Positions 53,188-64,000 of a DNA stretch of 64,000 nucleotides are shown here, in pieces. The stretch's first letter is position 1; each line of letters opens with the position of its first letter. Origin of the DNA: Heterodontus francisci (taxonomy: Eukaryota). Under the pieces are notes generated by a model, which worked only from the letters and a program-made list of their open reading frames with translations, had not been told where the DNA came from and did not search any database. Made by a program: the position numbers and the translations under genes. The DNA lies in contig NC_090407.1 of NCBI RefSeq assembly GCF_036365525.1, positions 23,278,084 through 23,342,083 on the forward strand. The letters run 5' to 3'.

Positions 53188-53876
53188 CTGTATCGAAAAC
53201 AAAAAGCACTTTCATAAAATGCGCTGTTCTTACAAAAGGAACAGGTAAAGAATCCATTTTGTATGTTCATCTGCCGTAATCTAATTTTAAAAAAATCAAA
53301 ACAGACTATAGCACATTCTCATTGACTACCTACAGCCTTCTTCAATTGAGAGATGAATTACAAACTTGCAGCTCCTCCCAGCACAAATCAAGTGAGGGCT
53401 GGTGCTTATTTCACCTGTGGGAGCATGGAATTAGTTAGGGAGTCCCAAAGTGAAACAGTCTTCACTCAAAGACATCATTTTCACACTAGCAAACTATAGG
53501 TATCAGCGGGGACAGTAGGAGGTACTTTTTTGGGTTTTTTTTTTACAATGTTCTTGCCCTGTCTCTCCTTTCTTCCCCATTTCTCTTCCAGTTGTTGCCT
53601 CTCTATTGAGATGAAGAACAATCATCATTTAAAATGTCATTGCTTTAAATGTTTGGAAAAGGGAGAATATAAAAAGCAGAGAGGGAGCAAGGGATTAAAG
53701 TGGAAAGGCCCAGAGACAGGCATAATGAAAGGAATAGTGTCCTTCTATGCTGGAAGTTGTACAAGTAACTGAATTATAGATACAAAAGTACTGCATGTGT
53801 GTGCATCTTCATTCTTTGATTGAATGATGAAAGCAATAAAAACTTCTAGAAACTCAATAGTAGTCAATGGACTCAC

Positions 53877-54005
53877 CTGTGGAACAGATATTGCATGGAG
53901 CACAGGAACTGAATATGTTCCACGCTATGGAATACGTTCCCTCAGAGCATTCTTCACATTTTGCAGACTCTTGGAAATTTTCACACCGTTTCACCAAATA
54001 GTATC
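53877..54005 (-). CDS. TNFRSF4: TNFRSF4-like exon (GYYLVKRCENFQESAKCEECSEGTYSIAWNIFSSCAPCNICST)
   Basis: 129 nt, aaatag acceptor and GTGAGT donor; second half of CRD1 and first half of CRD2. Most 5' exon I can identify. Confidence 0.85.
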
Positions 54006-54879
54006 CTATTTAAAAAAATAAAATGCCAGTAATGCACTCTGTCAGATTTGCAGAATGAAAGATTTTACCTTATCATGTTGGAAAACTGCACTCTGAATTG
54101 ACAGTTGATTAACCAGCATTTGAAGTCTTTAGAAATTCTGGCCACCGCAACAGGAGGTTCTTCAGCCCCTTGAGCCTGCTCCACCATTCAGTTAGATCAT
54201 GCCTGATCTGTACCCTAACTCCAATCTACCCACCTCAACTTCATATCCTGTGATACCCTTACATGTAATCAAAATAAAATCAGGGTCAGGAACAATATGG
54301 AACTTGCATTCTAGAATTGTCAACAGGCATTAAAAAAAATCCTCTGCTGGAAGAATGCAGTGTAGGGTTGAAGGTAAAGGTTATAGGCTTACCTAATTTC
54401 TGATATTTTGCTTATCAAATACCCATAGAACACGCAATTCCTTATATCACAGTACAATCATTTTTAAGCTGTAGGATTATACAATTATATTAACAAAAGT
54501 GAGAGGTTAGATTTACTTTTGTCACTCTTTCTCTGTTAGTTTTTTTGAATTGACTCTAAATACTGGGGAGGAAATGGCCTCCTGCAGTATTAAACATGTT
54601 TAAAGTCCATTCCCTCCTTGGTCATGGAACCAAAACAGCAGAAGAGGTAAATAAAACAGCAGTAAGACTATTGGAAATCTCAACCTTATAAAGGCCAGAA
54701 GTGTATTTATTCAAATACACTTTCATCTGAGAATGGTATATCACCACTACTGTATTATCACCAAGGTAAAAGTATTAATATCATGGGCACAAAACAGTAC
54801 AGCCACAATTGATCGAATGTCCTCCTTCTGCACCATTTGATGATGGTTCAATGACTTGCAACATTAATTATTTTTTTAA

Positions 54880-55330
54880 AAGCTGGCTTTCCAAAGATGC
54901 AGATTATCATTGACAAGACTTGTATTGTCATTTCTGGGCATATCTGATATACTGGAGTAGGTCAAGCCACTACTCCATCAATATCCAAATAGTATGGGAG
55001 CAGCAGCAAAGCCTCCTGCATGTAAATACATGCTCCATGGTGCACGGATGATGCAGTCCAAAATCCCTCAGCTATTTGAGAAGAAAATACAGACGGCTGG
55101 TTTATTATTTTACAATACGGAATGTGCAGTTGTATCTCATGACACCACTACACAAGATTTGCATTACAGCTGAGGATGAAATATATAACATGGGATATTT
55201 GTGAACCATGATATCCTTGAGCAAACATTTAGCATGAGGGTGCAGGCAGCTTAGAACATGCTTCACAAAAACTAGACAAAATAATGACGCAATATGTTTC
55301 AGGCTGCACAATATGATTATAGACAGAGGC
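54880..55330 (+). mobile_element. Highly decayed PIF/Harbinger DDE transposase fossil
   Basis: Ordered motif remnants across frames: AGFPKMQIIIDKTCIVI (54882), HYSINIQIV (54968), LMTPL...AE..YN (55136), ILEQTFSM (~55213), AICFRLHNMIIDRG (55289). Confidence 0.7.
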
Positions 55331-58300
55331 ATCACTCTACATGTGAATAAGGAGCAGCAGCACATCAAAGAGGAATCATCAGACAAAGATGCAGAATAAC
55401 ATCAGTATCTGAACAACCACCACAAACAGGGATATGGAGGTATCAGCAATTGATTCAAAAAGTGTCTTTCAACAAGTAGCACCTTAGCAACCATAGAACA
55501 CATGCACAACAAACAGCCTTTTGTCAATGTCAGGAATTTTCAGACAAAGATCAGTATGTTGTCATAAAAGAGCTTTTGTGACTAATTGACTCTACCTTTT
55601 GTACTTAAATAAAGAGCTGTTGACTCATGACTGGTTGATAAAATGTACTTCTCTTATCTGCAGCATTGTGCATCTGAGCCAATTAATTTTACTGTGGGTC
55701 AAAATGTCATACTGCCCATAACTATGTCTGGTTTCACATCTGCCCCTTGTTATCCCACTCATTGTCCAGCAAGGTAGGTAAAATGGTGTGTACGCCATCT
55801 ATAATGAGTAAAATATTTTGTTTGCTTAAATCAGCAGTATAGAAGTGAACTATAGGGCAAAATATTCATACAACCAAAATCATTCACTTGCAATAGCAAA
55901 AAGCAGATAGAATACCCTCCATTCTGTTAATTGTATAATAATTGAGTATTTAATTGTTTCAAGTTCTGGGTATTAACTGGAGATTCACTTAGGCTACTCT
56001 ATATAGGAGCAGATGGAAACTGTGGTTGTTGGGTTAGGAGGTGCAGGTTTATAATGTGTTTCTCTGTAAATAAAAGCTTGCAAGTGTGTAAGGATTAGGC
56101 TCCAGTTCTATCCTAATGGCCTGGCTAACTGGAGTAAAACACAATCTGTGATGTAAACAATATGTACTTTCTTAGGATCAAAAATATGCAAAAAGGTACA
56201 CGTGACAGCCACTTTCTGCTCACTGAAAAATCTTGATTCCAAAATATTATATTTACTTCTCAGGAATTCACACTGAATTGCTTCACAATTTATTGCATAC
56301 TTTTTTTTTACTTTAAAGAACTTTTAACTGCAAAGAGGAGATCTCTGAATATAAATTGTCACAAACTGTTAATGGCATGCTGTAGTTTGTCAAAATATCA
56401 ACATTGGTGGACAGCATTATAGAGGCAGTGATTATTTACTTGAAATTGAACCAAGTAACACATAATAGGAATTTGAAGACATATGTACTCATTATTGAGA
56501 ATTAAACTACTCACAGAAAATGCTATGGACTTCAATTTGTAGTCACATAATGGAAACATTCACTTTTAGATGTTTACTTAAGCGGAATTTACTATGATGC
56601 AATTTATACACTTTCTTCGCAACTGACTCAGTTATCTTTCATATATTTTCCATAGCACTCTTTCTGTAAAGTCTCTGGATCGCCCACTTTACTTAACATT
56701 ACTCCTTTGCTGTCTACTCCTAGGCAGAGACAATAGCTGCACCTTTTTTTTTTCTTCAGCACATCTTTTCAGTCATTCCATGCACCAACTTTTCTGCTAC
56801 TGCTGCCCACACACCATTTGGTTCTTTATGTAGCTACTACATAAAGTAGCTTACCTACTTCAGTGCCAAATTTGGTTTATAACTGCTTTTGGTCCTTGAA
56901 GCAAACTATAAATGATTGATTTGTGTCTTGTGCAGCTACTTTTTAATAAACAAAACTGATTGTTTCCACCATAAGTTATATTTCTCTTTTGAATGACTGA
57001 AAGCACAACAATGTTGCTTGAGATTCACTCGAGCAATTGCTTATTGTCCAGATAGTTCGACTGTGCAAATCAAGTTCTAGTAACAGCCTGTACTTAGATT
57101 TTAATTTTTTTAAATAAATAGATCAGACAGACATCAGATTGAATACATTTACATGCAGTGGATGTGTCAACATGTTTCTTGCATTGACATATCTGTGTTA
57201 CACCATTAGTAAATGTAAGTACTCCTGGCTGATGTGGAATAAACATATTAAAGCAACATATGGAGCATTGGTGAACCTGTTTGTGAACTAAAGTCATACA
57301 GATGCCATTATTGCTCTCAATTCCCAAATCTGACAGTCAGTTCTAATGACTTTAACCAGATCTTGTTGAATAGTTTCTTCTATAAGCGAAGATTCATCTT
57401 TAACCTTGATGCACATAAATGCAGAGACGTAATGTCTATTAGTTGTATGTGGTTGCAGTATCAGTGAAGCAATGCTGTTGCTTAAGCAGATGATAGGACT
57501 ATAGGACTAACGCTGCCTGGGCCAGTGCACCCCTAGCTGCGGATTTCTTTAGTAGTGCTATTTGCACATAGGCAAAATAAAAGTTCTGGCCATAAATGTA
57601 CCACACTGAAAGCCTGCAAATTAAGCTAGGCACCCCAATGACCTATAATGTTTTAAATTCCTAAATATGAATCAATGGAAGCAAAGTGTAGGCTTCTGAG
57701 TGGACATCTCTGTGACCTATTCTTTCTTGAGAATGAAATTCCCTCTTTTTTTTCTTAAAACCATTTCCCTTACAGACCCTTTGTTTTGCCTCGTTGCACC
57801 ACACACTACCTCCCAGCTGTCAAGTGGGTGACCTACTCCTCAGACCCAGATACTTGAAGATATTTGAGAGACACGGAGCAGAATTTTCCCTGTGGGCTTC
57901 AGAACCGCAGCATCAGGCTGAAATGTGGGTCAGAAGTTCACACTGTGTGGGAAACAGTTACTCATTGTGACTTTCCCCCGGGGGGGGGGGGGGGGGGGTT
58001 GCAGAGGGAGGGCTCAGCACCAATTAATGATGATGGATGGGTTCTTGAAGCTTTAGGGCCAATCAGCTTGAAAGGAGCAGCAGGCTGTGAAGGCAGCTGG
58101 AAAAGCCCCAGTTGGCCGCCTTTAATTGGGAAACTGGCATGAATGCTGGTGGCATTATTGTTAGCTCCTGCCCATCTCCAATACTAGCCTAAAGATCAAG
58201 TCCTTGGTGTGAATCTTCTAAATTGCTCTCCTTTCTGTGAGGAGTTGCCTGAAATCCACTAAACAATGATATGGCTGAGACCCAGCGCACGGTATGTGAG

Positions 58301-59149
58301 GAATCCCATTTGGATACTTGAGTTCTGCCATCCACTAACTAAGTCTCTAATGCACCACGCCACTTTGGTGACTATATTGATACATTCTCTTTACCAGGCA
58401 CACTGCAGATTATTTTAAAGGTTAGATAGTTGATCATACAAATATTCCCGACCTCACACCATCATTTCACAATTATGGGACAGTAGTTCCGTTTATTATT
58501 TCTAACTTATAGTCTAAAGTTTGGTGTACAGGTCTCATCATCGTGCACCCTCTAAATAAGGGTAACTTGTACCCCCCGCCATACAACTTAGAAGGGGTTT
58601 ACTGAAACAGCTGCTAAAAAATAATGATTGACATGTACGATCAATATTTCTTCTCTGGGTTAATTTAACTGTTTGTGAGCTTATTTATGAATTGCTTTGA
58701 AATACACAATGGTAAATTTTGGGGGTGGTGAGACGCACCGTGTGGACGCATTTACTAGTCTTGAATGACATGACATCGTCATCAAAGTCTTTCTAAAGGT
58801 CTTTAAATAAGTCCCGACAGTTAGGCCTTCGCACAAATTCCTGTATCATCAACTACATGAGACATCGAGTTAAAATATCAGATCACAATCTCGTCATGGC
58901 AACTGCGTATCAGTTCAACAGCCTGGGTTTCAACAGACTATTTTAGCAGATAAGTAACTAATTTTAAGTCATTACCTACATAACCCGGGAAAAGATGACT
59001 CCAAGTCATTACAGGCACATCACTAGAAAAAGTGACTCCATCCATCCCTGCACGGAGTATTTCTTTTAATAATTCTGTACACTCGCTCTTTCCTCACTCT
59101 CTTTCAAACACACACATTTCCTCTCCATCCCACTCACACGCATTGATGG

Positions 59150-59615
59150 AGATGAGTAGAAAATCCCATCACGAAATTGCAGAAAATAAGCAATTTTTGC
59201 CGGGCGCCTTTCCTTTTCCTTCCAGTTAGTCTCAGCCCCCTAATTCACAATTTGTCACTGTTTTGAAAATGAAGTAGATTCATTGGAACAAGACATCCTT
59301 CGAACATTTCCTGCTCAGAGCTCGTCTTCCTGTCCCTTCTGTGCCACTGAAACCCCCTCCCCACTTCAAGTCTTCTGCTTTAAACCTTTCTTCCTCATTC
59401 ATTTGAAGTCTGTCCAATTCTGGACTTGTTTCTCTGAAACCACTCCTTTCCCTCTCTGACCCAGCTTCCTGATCCCCTACGATTCCCTTAACCTTCACAG
59501 GCGCCAGTACGAAATGCTGCCAAAAACCGCTGCAGAATTCCCAGTGCTTGTGAAAGTGGGAATTCCTTTCACCGGTGCTCAGAATTCCGGGATCACTTGG
59601 GATAGTTTCCCCACT
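59150..59615. promoter_or_regulatory. Candidate immune-inducible enhancer/promoter (NF-kB, IRF and ETS motif cluster)
   Basis: GGGAATTCCT (59558-59567), cagaattccc (59533-59542), gaaaatccc (~59159-59167), tagtttcccc (~59603-59612), GTGAAAGT and several ttcctg cores, upstream of the receptor exons. Confidence 0.5.
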
Positions 59616-59713
59616 CGTTCTCTCCAATGATGAAGCTAAGAAGGTGTAACAGAACAGTGGCCATGCAAGAAACGGCAGGGGTGGGTGGAGATTGAGGTAT
59701 ACAAGTGGGTGGG

Positions 59714-60358
59714 GTTTTTTTGTTTTTTTTTTCCAAAAATATACTTTATTAATAAAAATTTGCAAAAAGTACACTACAAAACAGTTCAAATTTCACATTT
59801 TGGAAAATGCAATGGAAATTAGATGCCTTCAATGCAGAACATGAGTTGCCTCACAACTCTTGCCATTCCATTTTATATGCAATGTACATTTGCATTACAC
59901 AGCAAAAACGTTTTTGGTGCATACAGCCCGAAGGGTATTACACTGATTCCAGCCCCTTGGTTCACTGTGGCAGGAGGACTTTACACAGTGGCTTTACCCC
60001 ATTGAGCCTTTGCGGCGGCTGCCCCAGGCTTTAGTGCATCCCACAATAGGTAGTCCTGGACCTTGAAATGTGCCAGTCTGCAACACTCGGTCATCGACAT
60101 CTCTTTGCACTGGAACACTAGCAGGTTTCAAGCAGACCAATAAGCATCGTTCACTGAGTTGAGGGTCCTCCAGCAACAGTTGATGTTTATCCCGGTGTGC
60201 GTCCCTGGGAACAGCTCGTGGAGCACAGAGTCCTGTGTTACAGAGCTGCTCGGGATGAACCTCGACAAAAACCACTGCATCACTTCCCATACTTGCTTTG
60301 CAAAGACACATTCCACAAGGAAGTGGACAACAGTCTCTTCCCCACCACAGCCACCTTG
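59714..60358 (-). mobile_element. L1/Tx1-clade LINE 3' end
   Basis: GCGGEETVVHFLVECVFAKQVW zinc-knuckle remnant and C-terminus, 3' UTR with AATAAA (59745-59750) and an A-rich tail (59715-59732). Confidence 0.7.
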
Positions 60359-60627
60359 ATTGTTTGCACTTAAGAATGTTCAGGAAGGCTGACAGCAAAA
60401 GATGTCAGCTACCAATGCTTATCATGCTTGTATCAGGACTGGAGGAGGTGGGGCACCATTGATAATACTGACCAATGTCAGTAATAATCATCTCAGACTG
60501 TTCATCTACTTTCCTGTTGTAGTCTGTCATTTGTCCATGTTCTGAGCAAATAGAAGATAATAAAAAGAAAGCATGCGGATTACACTTACCAACACTTCAC
60601 ATGGAAAACTTAAGCAATCTGGCAACC

Positions 60628-61882
60628 TCAGTTTGGGTTCCACCAGGGCCATTCAGCTCCAGACCTCATTACAGTCTTGGTTCAAACATGGACAAAAGAG
60701 CTGAACTCAAGAGGTGATGTGAAAGTGACTGCCCTTGACATCAAGGCAGCATTTGACTGAGTATGGCATCAAGGAGCTCTGGTAAAACTGGAGTGAATGA
60801 GAATCAGGGGCAAAACTCTCTGCTGGTTGGAGTCATACCTAGCGCAAAGGAAGATGGCTGTGGTTGTTGCAGGTCAATCATCTGAGCTCCAGGACATCAC
60901 TGCAGGAGTTCCTCAGGATAGTGTCCTAGGCCCAACCATCAGCTGCTTCATCAATGACCTTCCTTCAATCATAAGGTCAGAAGTGGTGATGTTTGCTGAT
61001 GATTACACAAAGTTCAGCACCATTCGCGACCCCTCAGATACTGAAGCAGTCCGTGTAGAAAAGTAGCAAGGACAATATCCAGGGCTTGGGCTGATAAGTG
61101 GCAAGTAACATTTGCTCCACACAAGTGCCAGGCAATGACCATCTCCAACAAGAGAGAATCTAACCATCTCCCCTTGACATTCATGGCATTACCATTGCTG
61201 AATCCCCCACTATCAACATCCTGGGGCTACCATTGATCAGAAACTGAACTGGAGTAGCCATATAAATACCATGGCTAAAAGAGCAGGTCAGAGGCTAGGA
61301 ATCCTGCGGCGAGTAACTCACCTCCTGATTCCCCAAAGCCTGTCCACCATCTACACGGCACAAGCCAGGAGTGTGATGGAATAGTCTCCACTCGCCTGGA
61401 TGGGTGCAGCTCCAACGACACTCAAGAAGCTCAACACCATCCAGGACAAAGCAGCCCGCTTGATTGGCACCCCATCCACAAACATTCACTCCCTCCACCA
61501 CCGACGCACAGTGTCAGCAGTGTGTACCATCTACAAGATACACTGCAGCAATGCACCAATGCTCCTTAGACAGCACCTTCCAAACCCACGACCTCTACCA
61601 ACTAGAAGGACAAGGGCAGCAAATGCATGGGAACACCACCACCTGCAAGTTCCCCTCCAAGTCACACACCATCCTGACTTGGAACTATATCGCCGTTCCT
61701 TCACTGTCACTGGGTCAAAATCCTGGAACTCCCTCCCTAACAGCACTGTGGGTGTACCCACCTCACATGGACTGCAGCAGTTCCAGAAGGCAGCTCACCA
61801 CCACCTTCTCAAGGGCAATTAGGGATGGGCAATAAATGCTGGCCTGGCCAGCGACGCCCACATCCCATGAATGAATAAAAAA
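60628..61882 (+). mobile_element. Same CR1-group LINE family, 5'-truncated copy with intact 3' tail
   Basis: Near-identical to the RT region of 22023-24293; ends cacatcccatgaatgaataaaaaa. Confidence 0.92.
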
Positions 61883-62559
61883 ACCTTGGTAACCTTCTAG
61901 TATGGATTTTGCTTCCATTTCACCTGCTGCAGTCGACTCTCCAAGCTATACTCATTAGATATTTCAGCTGTTTTTAAAATGTTAGACCTAAAAGAATATT
62001 AGATTTGTAAGTATAAATTGGTCAATCTCCTGATGAGTTACTCACAGGGACTTGATCAAGTGTAGTCTTCAGGTGAAATTGGGTTGAATTGTGGGGATTA
62101 ATTCGATAGAAGCAACTCTGTAATCATTTTAAAACTATGCCCTCTATCCATAGTTTATATACTTTTATTTTATAATTATAGAGTAAAATACATGGCAAGT
62201 TGGAGCACAGGAGTTTCTCTGCAGCAAAGGCTGATGAACTGGAAGGCAACAAAAATAAAATGCCACATCTCCACCACAAGTGGGAAGGTGAAATTACAGC
62301 GTGACAAGTTTACATGGGCAGTTTCTATTATTAATTGGAACTTACAATCGAAAGGTCAACAGAATTTCAGACAAACATAAGAATTTAAATACAAGATCTA
62401 TTGAAAGCAAATGAATTGAATACATGAATATCTGTACTTTCACTCCACTATTGCTTCTTTCAGCATTATCTACTGCTGTAACACCTTAGTTGATATAAGA
62501 TTCTTTAGAAAAAAAGCCAAGTGAGTTCACGAGGTAATCAAGTATGTGGAAGATCATTC

Positions 62560-63600
62560 GTTCATTCATTCAGAAAGACCCTGCAGTCCCCAACAATTGC
62601 AGCATACTGTTTCTTAAATGATTCCAAGATCTTTGCCTCCACTATACTATCCAAAAGTCCATGCCATACATTGATCATGCTTTGTGTGAAGAACATCCTG
62701 ATATCAGTCCTACATTTGTTCTTTACTGGTTTGAACCTGTGGACCCAGTTCTTCTCTTGCAGTTTAGTTACAAGTAATTATCAGACATTTGCATTTTCAT
62801 TATCATTCACAATCTTATACATCTCCATCAGATTACCATGCAGATATTTTATTTCACAGCTGAAAAGCCTAAGCTTCTTCATGACTCAGGCCTTTAAGAT
62901 ATGACAGCCGCCTTGCGGCTCTTCTCTTCACTGCCTCCAGTGCTGGAATGTCTCCCCTGTGTCTCAGTAGCCAGAACTGCATTAATTGAGGTCTAATGTA
63001 CCCAGAGCATGATACTGTTTGATCGCACCTTCCTCTGACTTTTAATTCTTTGGACCACATAGTGTAACATCCTATTAGTCTTGATTTTTGCTCTACATTG
63101 TTTGGAAATGTTGATGGTGAGACAGTCAAGGCTCCTAAGTCTCTCTCAATGCCATTCTTAGCTTTCTTTTTGTATTTGTTCATGGGATGTGGGTGTCACT
63201 GGCTTGGCCAGCATTTATTGCCCATCCCGAATTACCCTTGTGAAGGTGGTGGTGAGCTGCCTTCTTCAACTGCTGCAGTCCACTCAGAGAACATATGTCA
63301 CTTATTTTTCTTCTTATCTGCAGCATGCCACAATTGTCTATATTAAATTTCATCTGTCAAGGTTCTGCCTACTTATGATATATTTTGTCCAACAGACTGT
63401 CCTTTCTGAGCTACCTCCTCCTAGTCCATAGCCCCCACTAGTTTGGTAGATTTGCAAATGTGACTAATTTTCATTGAGTTTCTTAATCCAAGTTACTGAT
63501 GTCAATTAGCGGCCCCACTACTCAGCACTTGAGATAACCCATTCCCCACACCCCAGCATAACTCCTCTAGCAAGTACCTATTCAGCTAGTTTAAAAAAAA
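62560..63600 (-). mobile_element. Old CR1 fragment interrupted by a LINE/SINE tail (~63170-63285)
   Basis: ERDLG...RPQL...ALEAVKRRAAR remnant in ORF 62869..63183. Confidence 0.6.
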
Positions 63601-64000
63601 AATGCATTCCCAAGATCGACAGTCTTTGTTAAGCTCCACCATTGAGCTTAACAAATAGACCTTCATGTAGAACTTAATCAAATGCCTATTGGAATTTTAG
63701 GAACGGTACCTTATATGACTTCCCACTTGGGTTGTCATCTCCTCAGAGAAGTAGAAGGTTGGTCTGGGACTACCTTCCCCATATTGACCACTATTCAGCA
63801 ACCCCATCGTTTGATGGATCAGCCCTACTTTCTGACCATATCCCTTCCCTCTCCAAACATTACAGAAATTATACTGGGATTCCCAAAAAGATTAAAAAGG
63901 TCTTGGGGAACATCTTGATGATCTCCCACTTGGAAGTGCCTCGTGGATTCAGTTATTCCCGTCAGCTTCCAGAACCTTCCTTGCTAACATTCTGGGACTC

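Noticed and set aside
55920-56140. Possible solo LTR (TG start, TATA, AATAAA, CA end)
   Set aside because: No second copy, PBS, PPT or clear TSD in the window to support it.
62046-62117. 72-nt AG/GT-bounded open frame on the minus strand (SCFYRINPHNSTQFHLKTTLDQVP) as TNFR exon 1
   Set aside because: Phase 0 does not fit the phase-1 acceptor at 54005; no leader and no CCxxC.

Overview
Vertebrate nuclear DNA, most likely a cartilaginous fish (shark), inferred from the CR1, DeuSINE-like, LF-SINE-like and palindromic repeat families. Four spliced genes were rebuilt by hand from GT-AG junctions and frame phase. (1) The 5' part of INTS11 (minus strand, six coding exons 10244->2282, continuing off the left edge). 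(2) CPTP (plus strand, 12123-15355, 213 aa), head-to-head with INTS11 on a shared CpG promoter. (3) A 10-finger C2H2 zinc-finger gene with no effector domain (plus strand, 24761-29745). (4) A TNF-receptor-superfamily gene with OX40/TNFRSF4-type architecture and a PVQEE TRAF motif (minus strand, six exons 54005->45427; signal-peptide exon not found). The rest is transposon-rich intronic and intergenic DNA. The most notable items are an R2-clade retrotransposon remnant lying outside rDNA, a CR1 insertion whose ~170-bp flanking direct repeat copied most of INTS11 exon 3, and an IRF/NF-kB element one base short of the IFN-beta PRDI-PRDII junction upstream of the receptor exons. All family assignments come from recalled motifs; no database search was run.
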